Positions 19,369-29,053 are shown, numbered from the stretch's first letter. The stretch: 64,000 nt of DNA from Gammaproteobacteria bacterium (GCA_965238175.1 CBDEGZ010000003.1:960001-1024000), one strand, 5' to 3'. The notes: generated by a model from the letters alone, not told the origin. Program-made: numbers and translations.

Positions 19369-19959
19369 TTAACCGACATTTGCAAGCACTCCTTCCTCAC
19401 TCACCTGCGAAATAATCCGCGAGACAGTGCGCACAGATACATCAAACTGACTTGCAATTTGCGCCGGGGTTAAACCGGGTTGTTCTTGTAATAAACTTTG
19501 CGCATAAATTATTTCATCATCTGAAAGCTTACGCGGCCTGCCGATATGCACCCCGCGCTTTCGCGCCGCATCCATCCCGGCAATCGTGCGCTCACGTATC
19601 AAATTACGTTCCAGTTCAGAAAACGCATGACGCACTTGATACATGCACTTTCCCATCGGCGTAGTGGTATCAATCGCCTCAGTTAAACAGCGGAACTCAA
19701 CGCCGCGCCTTTCAAATTCTTCGAGCGTATCCAGTGCATTTTTTAATGAGCGAAAGGCCCTGTCCATTTTCCAGACCACCAACACATCACCTTCTTGCAA
19801 GCATGCTAACGCCTGTTCAAATCCGGGCCGGGTTTTGGCTATGGCCGAGACACCTTCATCTTCAAAGACAGGATGGCATCCGGCATCGAGTAAGGCATCA
19901 CGTTGTAAATCGAGATTTTGTTCTTGTGTGCTGACACGGGCGTAACCGATAACGGCCAT
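19369..19959 (-). CDS. Serine resolvase/invertase (Pin/TnpR family)
   Basis: IGYARVSTQEQN, VWKMDRAFRS, GRPRKL, C-terminal HTH. Confidence 0.95.
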   Translation of the reverse strand: MAVIGYARVSTQEQNLDLQRDALLDAGCHPVFEDEGVSAIAKTRPGFEQALACLQEGDVLVVWKMDRAFRSLKNALDTLEEFERRGVEFRCLTEAIDTTTPMGKCMYQVRHAFSELERNLIRERTIAGMDAARKRGVHIGRPRKLSDDEIIYAQSLLQEQPGLTPAQIASQFDVSVRTVSRIISQVSEEGVLANVG

Positions 19960-20010
19960 AGGTTTCTCCTACTTGTTTAATATCATTAACCCTTTGCGCC
20001 GAAGTATAGA

Positions 20011-20126
20011 CAAAAGGGAACCCTTTTGACTTATGCTCATAAACACCTCCTGTCAACCTAAAAACCCGCGCATTTAGCGGCATAAAACCCATGATTGTGA
20101 TTATGGCAAAAGGGTTCCCTTTTGCC
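20011..20126. promoter_or_regulatory. res-like palindrome pair upstream of the resolvase
   Basis: CAAAAGGGAACCCTTTTG (20011) and GGCAAAAGGGTTCCCTTTTGCC (20105). Confidence 0.55.
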
Positions 20127-20382
20127 GAACCTTAAGTGTATGAAAAACAATGTATATTTCGGTTTTTTGGTTGTGGTTTTTTTAGTTGTTTTATTCGTGT
20201 TTTCTTATAGGGCAGCATTCGCACAGGAGGAATTATTATCTGCAAAAAATGATTATATTACCTGCTGGAAGCAACCGTGTGTGTTGGTAGAAGGCAGTAT
20301 CTGGTCAGAAAAAAATCCCAATGGTGTGGCGGTTAGTGTGGCGATGGGCACAAAACCACTTATTCTACAACCAGCGCTTTAG
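20122..20382 (+). pseudogene. Probably truncated exported protein
   Basis: Signal peptide ending AAFAQ; collides tail-to-tail with the ORF on the opposite strand. Confidence 0.4.
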
Positions 20383-20950
20383 CATTATTCAAATTGTTCT
20401 GCTTCTGCGCCCACTGCGCATAATCACCATACTCTGGATGGTCTTTATATTCATTTTTAATGCTGCCATCGGGGTTAAGCATTTCGTTGATAAGATGTGC
20501 CTCTAACCGTTCACGGTAATCAGCCATACTCTCATCGGGATTACGCTGTGGGATTTCATCTTCATCCAATATTTGCAACGCCAATTTTTCCCGCCATTCT
20601 TCACCGTCACGCGCCTGAAACTTTTCTTCCAACGCTTTGATATCGGCTTCCATCCGCTGGAGAGAAGCGCGGACTTGCTCTATTAATTCGGTAATTTGCG
20701 CCGTTTGGCGTTCTTTGTTCTTGCGGGTTTTGGCCTGTTTGGATTGTACGCCGGTGGCCGCGCCACCGCGTTCAATCACACCATCAACCGAACCACCGGG
20801 CTGACCCAGCAGGATTTGGTTTTCTTTTTCGATGAATTCTTGGTGACGCAACGCGTTAAACTCTTCGTCCGACAGGCAGGTGTCACAGTGAATAAAAGTA
20901 TCGGTTAATCCGCCGGATAGTCGCAGAGTATCGGTAGTCGGTTTAACCAT
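20360..20950 (-). CDS. Hypothetical coiled-coil protein (possibly 3'-truncated)
   Basis: 196-aa ORF. Confidence 0.6.
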   Translation of the reverse strand: MVKPTTDTLRLSGGLTDTFIHCDTCLSDEEFNALRHQEFIEKENQILLGQPGGSVDGVIERGGAATGVQSKQAKTRKNKERQTAQITELIEQVRASLQRMEADIKALEEKFQARDGEEWREKLALQILDEDEIPQRNPDESMADYRERLEAHLINEMLNPDGSIKNEYKDHPEYGDYAQWAQKQNNLNNAKALVVE

Positions 20951-21190
20951 AGATCGCCCCGCTTGAAAGTCGGGTCGCCGAAAAACCGCGATATGCTACT
21001 GCATATCGAAGATTAAGAATAACGGCGTTATTCTTAATCACTGTTAAGCAAATATCAGACACACTACACCCCATTGTCCCTACCTCCCTGTGCTCTTAGT
21101 CATTATTATTCCCATAAATACTACCGGGAATTGATTAAAAAATACTTAATACAACTAAAATGGGAAGTGTGAAAAGTACGTAAAAATCGG

Positions 21191-21697
21191 TTACCGTTCG
21201 CGGTCTTTATCCCGGTTAGATTTTGTCCGTATTTTCTGCCGATGTTCACGTACCTGCTTATTCAGGGCTTTATCATCCCGGTCAATCACATTCAGGTTAC
21301 GGTTTCTTGCATTCTCCCGCACCTGTTCAATCGTGGTTTTAATCAAGCCTTGCGGTAAATAACCGTAGGCCAATTCACCAAATTGGGTTTTTCTCACATC
21401 CGGGCCTTGCCATGTAAAACGGTTCACTTCACGGGTGATGATCCAAGATTGATCATCATCTAGCTTTAGACGTTGTTTCGTGGCTAACGGAATTTCTTTA
21501 GCCTGAGTTAAGTCGTCAGGGGGTGTATGCGTAATCGGACAGATAAAGACTTCGGTTTCATCGAACTCATTCAAGCGTTTATGAACAATGACGCAAGGCC
21601 GGGCTTTACGTCCTTCCTCGTGTCCTCGTTGTTGTTCATCCCGCCAAAGATACAAATGACGGATAACCAAGCCTATTTCAGGGGTATCCTCCGCCAT
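21191..21697 (-). CDS. PemK/MazF-like toxin with an extended basic C-terminal tail
   Basis: YLWRDEQ..EEGRKARPCVIV, ICPITHTPP, SWIITREVNRF; downstream of a Phd antitoxin. Confidence 0.75.
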   Translation of the reverse strand: MAEDTPEIGLVIRHLYLWRDEQQRGHEEGRKARPCVIVHKRLNEFDETEVFICPITHTPPDDLTQAKEIPLATKQRLKLDDDQSWIITREVNRFTWQGPDVRKTQFGELAYGYLPQGLIKTTIEQVRENARNRNLNVIDRDDKALNKQVREHRQKIRTKSNRDKDRER

Positions 21698-21703
21698 TAC
21701 TGA

Positions 21704-21964
21704 TTATGAGGATTTATATTCGTGGTCGAATTGTTGGGTTTCTTTGGGAATGGGTAACGTACCTAATTCGTCGATAACCTCTTTGGGTAATTCGTTGGCA
21801 TAGAAGGTTTGTTGGTCAAGCTGGCGTAAGCGGCTGTACTCTTCTGCCGAAATCAGTGCTAAATCATCCCGCCCATGGTTGGTGATGATGACCGCCCCCT
21901 TATGGGCTTCGGTACGAAAGCGACCAAATTCCTTTTGGAATTCCGCTGATGTGATTTTGTTCAT
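21704..21964 (-). CDS. Phd/YefM-family antitoxin
   Basis: ITSAEFQKEFGRF..AVIITNHGR..LISAEEY. Confidence 0.88.
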   Translation of the reverse strand: MNKITSAEFQKEFGRFRTEAHKGAVIITNHGRDDLALISAEEYSRLRQLDQQTFYANELPKEVIDELGTLPIPKETQQFDHEYKSS

Positions 21965-22085
21965 GGTGATATCTCCTAATCCTATATCGGCATTAAATGC
22001 CTATTATTTATATTATCCGTAAAATATGGATTTTACAAGAAGAATATATTCCTACCTTTTTATGCCTGTCTGGAAGAGTTGTTCT

Positions 22086-22262
22086 TTATTCTGGCTGTCT
22101 ATCGGGAAACTGAGATAACTCAGTTTCCAACGCCTCAGACAGAGTGTTGCGTTCATCAACATTATCAAGGCTAAGTCCATCGTGTTGTTCAAGGATAGTC
22201 GAGATAATCTCGCGTAAACTTCGACTATTTTCTTTTTTATCTGTGTGTTTTTGATTTGGCAT
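22086..22262 (-). CDS. Small hypothetical protein (58 aa) downstream of ardA
   Basis: MPNQKHTD...DGLSLDNVDER with an AAGGA RBS; below the ORF-track cutoff. Confidence 0.45.
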   Translation of the reverse strand: MPNQKHTDKKENSRSLREIISTILEQHDGLSLDNVDERNTLSEALETELSQFPDRQPE

Positions 22263-22303
22263 TTTAGTATCCTTTGCGTTGTTGTTTTTGCCTCTTTTTC
22301 AGC

Positions 22304-22822
22304 CTAATGGCTCCAGAATATATGCGCTTCTTGACAGCCCGTTTCGATAGTGTAAATATCGCCGCCCATTTCCATGTCACGCCCCATGCGTTCATAGTCG
22401 ATATAGAACGCTAAATGTTCTGGAATATCGGTGGTGGTGTCTTCGGTGAGTTGCTGGGCGTAACCGGCCACACTTTCATATTCACCACTGTAATTTTCTT
22501 CTAAGGCTTTTCGGGCATCTTCGATGTCACCGCACCAATGATTTAAAACCGCTGCTCCCAACTCGCCGTGTTCTTCAATAAACAGGGCTTTATTGTTGGC
22601 ACTTTCCAATCCTTCATATTCTGAAAGTTCGACACCGCCAAATCCTTCGTAATCATGCAGCGAATATTCTTCTGCATCTTCAATAGGGCTGGCTTTCAGC
22701 ATGTCTCGGACAGCTTTCAAGATATCCTGTAAATCCTGCGTCGCATCAATCCATGCACCATGCAAAATACCGTTGTTGTAAGCGGCTAAATCTGCCACGT
22801 GAATTTTAGGTTCTATGTTCAT
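22304..22822 (-). CDS. ardA: Antirestriction protein ArdA
   Basis: IHVADLAAYNNGILHGAWID, EEYSLHDYEGF, YIDYERMGRDME; very acidic. Confidence 0.95.
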   Translation of the reverse strand: MNIEPKIHVADLAAYNNGILHGAWIDATQDLQDILKAVRDMLKASPIEDAEEYSLHDYEGFGGVELSEYEGLESANNKALFIEEHGELGAAVLNHWCGDIEDARKALEENYSGEYESVAGYAQQLTEDTTTDIPEHLAFYIDYERMGRDMEMGGDIYTIETGCQEAHIFWSH

Positions 22823-23191
22823 TGTCTTTTCTCCTAAATCGTTGCTGAGGTTTATGAAGCAGCTTTTGCGCTGCTCATGAACCTCTGGCGACTAGGCCGA
22901 CTAGCGGACGTGAGAATTCCAGAAAAATTGCGGAGTGTCTGCGCCTTTTGTGGCGTAGAAACCGTCATTATTCTTGAATTTGAGGGGAACAAGACCCCCT
23001 CTCTTTTGGGGCGTTGCGGGGTATCCCGCTAGAAAGGGGTGCCGGAAAACGCAGCTTTTGCTGCGGTTGAAGCAGGTGGAAGGCTTTCCCCCCCACAAAG
23101 CTATATTCATATTAAAAGACAGCTCTGCTATCGACTGCTATGATAAAGCGATGTATAAAAACGTGTTTATTGGTTAAATTAGAGAGTCCTG

Positions 23192-23974
23192 ATGGCAGAA
23201 ACACAAATCGAATGGACAGATGCGACGTGGAATCCAGTTGCAGGTTGCTCTCTCGCAAGTGCCGGTTGCAAACACTGCTACGCCATGCAAATGGCTAGAC
23301 GACTTGAGGCCATGGGGATCGACAAATACAAAGGACTTACTCAGAAGCGAGGCAAAAATGTCACATGGAATGGTATTGTTAAAGAAGATAAATCTTCTTT
23401 ATTAATTCCCTATACGTGGAAAAAACCGCGTAAAATTTTCGTAAATTCAATGAGCGACTTATTTCACGAAGATGTCAGTGAGGCATTTATTCTTTCTGTC
23501 TGGAAAGTGATGCGCGAAACACCACAGCATAATTATCAAATATTGACTAAGCGTCCAGAAAGAATGCATCAAATCGTCTCCAAGAAAATCAAAATAGTAC
23601 TGCCAAATGTTTGGTTAGGCACGAGTGTTGAAAACGCAGAAGTCACTGAACGAATAAACCACTTACGCAAGATTCCTGCTGCCATAAGGTTTATCTCCTT
23701 TGAGCCACTTATTGACTCTGTTGGTTCTGTTAATTTGAAGAATATTCACTGGGCGATTGTTGGTGGTGAAAGCGGCAACAAAGCCAGACCTATAAAAGAA
23801 GAATGGATTGATGAAATTCATGAACAGTGTGATCTCTACGATACGGCCTTCTTCTTTAAACAATGGGGTTCTTGGGGGAAAGACAATCAAAAACGATCTA
23901 AAAAAGCCAATGGCCGTGAATATAGGGGTAGAACGTGGGATGAAATGCCCATAACAGGTAATGTAGCAATGTAA
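23192..23974 (+). CDS. DUF5131 (phage Gp37/Gp68) three-Cys radical-SAM-like protein
   Basis: IEWTDATWNPVAGC..SAGCKHCYA, FVNSMSDLFHE, SFEPL, IVGGESG, FFFKQWG. Confidence 0.93.
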   Translation: MAETQIEWTDATWNPVAGCSLASAGCKHCYAMQMARRLEAMGIDKYKGLTQKRGKNVTWNGIVKEDKSSLLIPYTWKKPRKIFVNSMSDLFHEDVSEAFILSVWKVMRETPQHNYQILTKRPERMHQIVSKKIKIVLPNVWLGTSVENAEVTERINHLRKIPAAIRFISFEPLIDSVGSVNLKNIHWAIVGGESGNKARPIKEEWIDEIHEQCDLYDTAFFFKQWGSWGKDNQKRSKKANGREYRGRTWDEMPITGNVAM

Positions 23975-23993
23975 AACAGAGTGGTTTTGTTAC

Positions 23994-25247
23994 GTGGTAA
24001 AGAAAAAAATTGATTGGGAAGGTGGCGCTGAACTTGAAGACCACACAAAGAAAAAGCATACTATTCTTGAGAAATATTTTAGAGAATATCTGATTATTCG
24101 TTGCCAGTTACCCCAACAGGAAAAATTCAGACTGGCTATAGTTGATGGGTTTTCTGGAGCAGGTCAATACAAGTGCGGCAGTTATGGCTCACCTCTCATA
24201 TTTGTAGACGTACTCAGAAAAACCACAAATGAGATTAATTTACGCCGCGTAAATCAGGGTATACGCCCTATCCAGATCGAGTGTTTATTAATCTTGAATG
24301 ATTACGAGAAGTCTGCCGTTGAACTGCTTCGTAAAAATATTTCTCCTCTCTTAGTCGAGGCAAAAGATAATAACGACAAACTCTATATAGAAACTGAATT
24401 CTTAAATGGAGCATTTGAGACAGTTTATCCCCAGATAAAAAAGAGATTGTTAACTGCAAGATGCAATAACGTGTTGTTCAATTTGGATCAGTGTGGTTAT
24501 TCACTTGTTCCAACAATTATTATTAGTGACATAGTGAGTACATGGCGTTCGGCTGAAATTCTTCTTACATTTATGATCAAAAGTATGTTGACATATTTAT
24601 CTGCGAAAGAAGGAGCGAATAATGTTCCTTTAGAGCCTGAAATGAAGCAAAAGATCGATGCTTTATTGAGCGATAGCGATAACCTTCTTGGGAAAAAGGA
24701 ATGGCTAGGTGAAGCTGAGAAAATTGCTCACGCTCATCTCCAAAACTGCGCAACATATGTGAGCCCCTTTTCAATCAATAACCCCTCTGGTTGGCGTTAT
24801 TGGTTGATGCATTTTGCTAATGCGTATCGCGCTCGGCAAGTCTACAACGACATACTCCATCAGGTTAGTGCATCGCAAGCACATTACGGGCGACCAGGTT
24901 TGAATATGTTGTCATATGATCCTCAAGAAGAAGGGCAGCTATATTTATTTAGCGATGACTCCAGACAATCTGCGAAAGAGGCATTGTATGACGATATTCC
25001 AAGGTTTGTAGCGGCATCGGGTGACACGCTTGCCATGCAGGATTTCTATGCTGCTGCATATAGCGAGACACCAGCTCATAGTGATGATATTCATGAAATG
25101 ATTATTCAGAACCCTGATATGGAAGTCGTCACTGAATCAGGCGGCAACCGCCGAAAGGCTAACACGATTAAAGCAAATGATACTTTGAAGCTCAAGAGCC
25201 AGAAAAGTATGTTTTTTATGTTTTCAGATGTCCCCGAAAAAAAATAA
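23994..25247 (+). CDS. tcmP: Three-Cys-motif partner TcmP (SAM-dependent methyltransferase-like)
   Basis: HTKKKH..L..Y, IVDGFSGAG..GSP, LFNLDQCGY; adjacent to DUF5131. Confidence 0.88.
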   Translation: MVKKKIDWEGGAELEDHTKKKHTILEKYFREYLIIRCQLPQQEKFRLAIVDGFSGAGQYKCGSYGSPLIFVDVLRKTTNEINLRRVNQGIRPIQIECLLILNDYEKSAVELLRKNISPLLVEAKDNNDKLYIETEFLNGAFETVYPQIKKRLLTARCNNVLFNLDQCGYSLVPTIIISDIVSTWRSAEILLTFMIKSMLTYLSAKEGANNVPLEPEMKQKIDALLSDSDNLLGKKEWLGEAEKIAHAHLQNCATYVSPFSINNPSGWRYWLMHFANAYRARQVYNDILHQVSASQAHYGRPGLNMLSYDPQEEGQLYLFSDDSRQSAKEALYDDIPRFVAASGDTLAMQDFYAAAYSETPAHSDDIHEMIIQNPDMEVVTESGGNRRKANTIKANDTLKLKSQKSMFFMFSDVPEKK

Positions 25248-25472
25248 AAGGCCTTCTCACTTTATGCACGTGGGTATCCCTTCGCTATCTCACTAGAGCT
25301 TTACCTAGGGGGAGCACAGCAAATGCATGATGGCTAAGTGCAGGTGGAAAGGCATTTTTCCAAGCCCTGCGAGTGATTAAAACGGCGATACGTTTGACTG
25401 GAGCAATAGGCTCAATGCCTAATTTGCACCAGCGCTAGAGGTATCCAACAGGAGAACGCAGTGTCTCCTTTG

Positions 25473-25526
25473 GCAAGCGGCTTTGTACTACCATTTAGGA
25501 AAATGGTAGTACAAAGCACTGCTTGC
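25473..25526. promoter_or_regulatory. Candidate oriT (long inverted repeat)
   Basis: Perfect 17-bp arms GCTTTGTACTACCATTT-AGGA-AAATGGTAGTACAAAGC, extended by GCAAGC/GCTTGC. Confidence 0.5.
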
Positions 25527-25817
25527 GTGAAGCGACATGTGTAGTAGTCCCCGATACTTTGCGTTTAATGCTTATATCAGCTTCTGGAGTAAGCTAGCTA
25601 CCCATAGACGGCTATTATTGTTTGTAAACCCGATAATTACATGCTTGATTCTGGGGTATGACTGTATTCGAAGTTTAGGCCGATTGACCTTTCTTTTTAG
25701 CCGCTACTGAGTATGAAAATAGTTTCAACTCCATGGGATGTAACTGAAAAAAATGCCATCATTTATTACGCACCATTTGCTTATAAACAAATGGCAAAAC
25801 GAAAGAAGCGACTGTTC

Positions 25818-26027
25818 TTACAAGTAATAATCAGAAGGACTGCTTGTCTCGGCTTGGAACGATATGATTTCTTTATCTGCTTCCCAAGGAAGGCGCATTG
25901 ATTTTTTCAAAAATACAGTCTGATACTTTTTATCAGTTTCAAGCCCATTTTCAACAATCATCTCTATCGCTTTATCATGTATCTGAATCTTCCTACCAGA
26001 AGCTTTCTCCGTAAACTCTATCAACAT
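25818..26027 (-). CDS. Small hypothetical protein
   Basis: 69-aa ORF co-directional with the NTPase operon. Confidence 0.45.
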   Translation of the reverse strand: MLIEFTEKASGRKIQIHDKAIEMIVENGLETDKKYQTVFLKKSMRLPWEADKEIISFQAETSSPSDYYL

Positions 26028-26059
26028 TTCATACCTTTCTGACTTGAGAGTTTTTTTAG

Positions 26060-26521
26060 TTATGTCTTTGTTACCGAATCTTTTAGCTTTTGTATACCAT
26101 TATCTTTACCTTTTGCGTAATCATCGTCAAGAAGAGCATTTCTATCATTAATTTGTTTAAAAGTGTTCCAGAAAAACTTGTCTACTTCTTTTACAACCGC
26201 TCCATACTCCGCCTTGGTGACATGAGGCAACGTGGACAAGACGTCAAGATACGTGCTTCTAATCTGGTATTCGGAACGGCCATTTCCATTTCTCTCAAGT
26301 AGAGCATCAATATAATTTATAAGTGATAATAAAGAATTTTTAGCCAATAAATGCTGGTGCCTTTTTTCTCTACGCGAAATTAATATCTCAGCTTGATAGC
26401 TTGTAAAAAGCTGTAATAAAAGTGAAATGAAGACTCCAGCAAATAAGTAAACCATTCCATTGGGCATTGACTCCATTGTCATGGTAATGGCTTGTTTAAA
26501 ATCATTAATTAATGTGCACAT
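26060..26521 (-). CDS. Hypothetical single-TM protein
   Basis: N-terminal TM segment; starts 3 nt after the NTPase stop. Confidence 0.65.
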   Translation of the reverse strand: MCTLINDFKQAITMTMESMPNGMVYLFAGVFISLLLQLFTSYQAEILISRREKRHQHLLAKNSLLSLINYIDALLERNGNGRSEYQIRSTYLDVLSTLPHVTKAEYGAVVKEVDKFFWNTFKQINDRNALLDDDYAKGKDNGIQKLKDSVTKT

Positions 26522-26524
26522 TAA

Positions 26525-29053
26525 TTAGATACCATAAGCTACAGGGAAAATCTTACTAAAATAATTGTGAAAGCTCTTGTATTCGTTATATAACTCTTCC
26601 TGAGCTGGAAGCTCATCTTTTTTCACAGCGTAGTAGTAAACATCCTCAATAGATTTTTTAACAATCAAATCTGTATTAAATAGATTGCAATCAATGTTTG
26701 ATAAATCTCCCCATACGTTTACGTACTTTTTCATCTCCACCTCTTGCGCAGCTTTTAACAAACCCATAAAACGAACTACCTTTCGAAGTTTGTGCCCCAT
26801 GACTTTTACATAGCAGTGGGGGTAATCTTCTCTCACGAGATAAGAATAATTGAACATAGTTATGTATTGAAACGGTGCATATTCTAAGGACTGAGGGTTT
26901 TGATATAAATTAGGTAGCCCTAGTTCCTTATTCCGAATTTCAACTCTCGGTAATATACTTAGCCGATGAGTTTCAGGTGGGAGTGGCAATTTTGGGTCAT
27001 CAATTACTAATTGCGTATATAAAAAATCAGCCACCAAGGGCAGATCATCACTATTTGCATCTTCATGAAAAAGTTCCTTAGCTCTAGGCGTAAGCTCGAT
27101 ATTTTCATGGTCAAATTTCTGTTTCCTCAGGCTAGAGAGTCGTCTTTCTACCTGCAATAATCTTGGGCCTTGTTGAATGCGTTGAAGTCTGGTTATAGTC
27201 TTACAAAAACTTATGATATCGTAAAACCCATTAGGGTTGCCTTCACCACTTCTATTATTTGGGTAATCGCAAAAATGTTCTAACAACTCCTTCAACCTGA
27301 TCTTCCCGTTTGTTTTTAAAAAGTCCACAATCATTGGTATTAGCCAATAATCTGGTGTGCTTGGCCGTTCTTCATTGGTATAGGCTAAAAACACATTTGG
27401 GAAATGGGAGTTATGCTCTGAAAAACGAATTCTATGCCTAGAGGCTTGCACCATGATTGCAAGGTTTGGTTTCTTAAAAATCCTATTTTGCGCATTAACA
27501 TTTAGTTTATCGTGAGAAGAGTCCTGTTGCACCCATGAGAATGCTTTAAAAACTCTTATCGCGTCACGGAGGCCTGAGCCCGATAGTTTTACTATCCTAT
27601 CAATTGACTTTGCATGCCTATTATTCATTGCCTTTACTGAAACAGGATTTTTTTCATAGTCACTTAGTTTTTTTGCGAGATCACTTACGGTTTTTACTAG
27701 GGCATTGATTTGTTTGATATGGTTTATTACCTTATGGTTCTTTTCATCTTGTGAGTTTAGGGTATCAAAGGAATCGTTCAGAGCCTTTCTTAACTCACTC
27801 AAAGTGGCATTCATATCCAAAAAGGTATCGGGTAATTCAATAAGACTTTCATCGGTGGGTTTCTTATGATTGATCAGTTCACACTGCAATAAAAGTCGAC
27901 ATCCAATAGCTAGGTAATGTAAACGTTTGAGAATAATTAACTGTGCAGGTGCTTTTGAAGTTGAGTGAAGCGAGTATGTGTTTTCTGATGAAATTAGCTT
28001 ATCTCCACCACCTGCAGATATTGATGAAGAAAGTTGCTCTAGAAGACTATATGAATCTTTTCTAAGTATAATTAGTATCGCCCCACAAACCTTTGACCAA
28101 TTTCTATTTGATGAAAGAAGATTTCCTAAAACAGTTATAAACGAAAACAAGCACTTCTGTTTTTTGTCCTTGATTTTTGTCTTGCCATTTTTCACCGATA
28201 TAGTTTGTATTTCGTCATTCTCATGAAAAACAAAGTCAATATTATCTAAGATGATGATAACATTCCGCTTTGAGGCTCTTTTTAGATAGCCTAAGTACTC
28301 TATAGTCTCAACTTCTGCTTTATGTTCTTCTTTCTTCTGAACATACTTAAATATATTCTTCTCGTATGTTTCAAAGGCATCTTTATCATTTTCAGAAAAA
28401 AAGTTAACTTCTTTGTGAGTGGTTAAGCTCTCTCGTACTTGATTCACTTTTCTTACAACTTCAAGACAGAATTGATTCATATCGAAACCATCACGATAGA
28501 ATTGTTGTAGGTTTATTCTAATGAACCATATCTTATCGTTCTGAATCGAGTTTGCTATTAAATGTGACGACAGAATATAACTAAGAAATGATGACTTTCC
28601 AGAGCCAACATCACCGACTATGGAGAAAACTGAACTACGGCGATTAACTGAGCTTTTAATAAAAACCCTTTGAAAAAATTCGTCGATGGATTTTTCTGCA
28701 GACTCTTCTAATTGCGAGCCATGACTTTGCCCTTGCCCATGATGCACCATAGGCAAATCAAGAAGTTTTAGAATGTAATAATATCTTCTTAAAATATCAT
28801 TCCTTCCCCCCGAAGTTAAAAGGGCATCTTCAGGAATATTTTGAGGATTATCTAAAGCCTTTCCATTTAGAAGCCCACTGGCATCAAAACTTATAGCCTG
28901 TTCATCAAAAACAAATTGGAATAATTTATCTAGCTCATTATACCTTGCTCTAAAAGGACCCTCATCGTTATTAACCAATGGATTAACGGTTGATAAGCTG
29001 CCCTCATGTTCTGACGTACAATCACGATATGTAAACCAATTAGGATTTGTCAT
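26525..29053 (-). CDS. Large P-loop NTPase (STAND/AAA-like), function unknown
   Basis: Walker A GDVGSGKS, Walker B IIILDNID; AT-rich; 842 aa. Confidence 0.8.
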   Translation of the reverse strand: MTNPNWFTYRDCTSEHEGSLSTVNPLVNNDEGPFRARYNELDKLFQFVFDEQAISFDASGLLNGKALDNPQNIPEDALLTSGGRNDILRRYYYILKLLDLPMVHHGQGQSHGSQLEESAEKSIDEFFQRVFIKSSVNRRSSVFSIVGDVGSGKSSFLSYILSSHLIANSIQNDKIWFIRINLQQFYRDGFDMNQFCLEVVRKVNQVRESLTTHKEVNFFSENDKDAFETYEKNIFKYVQKKEEHKAEVETIEYLGYLKRASKRNVIIILDNIDFVFHENDEIQTISVKNGKTKIKDKKQKCLFSFITVLGNLLSSNRNWSKVCGAILIILRKDSYSLLEQLSSSISAGGGDKLISSENTYSLHSTSKAPAQLIILKRLHYLAIGCRLLLQCELINHKKPTDESLIELPDTFLDMNATLSELRKALNDSFDTLNSQDEKNHKVINHIKQINALVKTVSDLAKKLSDYEKNPVSVKAMNNRHAKSIDRIVKLSGSGLRDAIRVFKAFSWVQQDSSHDKLNVNAQNRIFKKPNLAIMVQASRHRIRFSEHNSHFPNVFLAYTNEERPSTPDYWLIPMIVDFLKTNGKIRLKELLEHFCDYPNNRSGEGNPNGFYDIISFCKTITRLQRIQQGPRLLQVERRLSSLRKQKFDHENIELTPRAKELFHEDANSDDLPLVADFLYTQLVIDDPKLPLPPETHRLSILPRVEIRNKELGLPNLYQNPQSLEYAPFQYITMFNYSYLVREDYPHCYVKVMGHKLRKVVRFMGLLKAAQEVEMKKYVNVWGDLSNIDCNLFNTDLIVKKSIEDVYYYAVKKDELPAQEELYNEYKSFHNYFSKIFPVAYGI

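Noticed and set aside
25260-25600. Retron msr/msd or other RT-linked ncRNA
   Set aside because: No reverse transcriptase in the window; oriT is the simpler reading.
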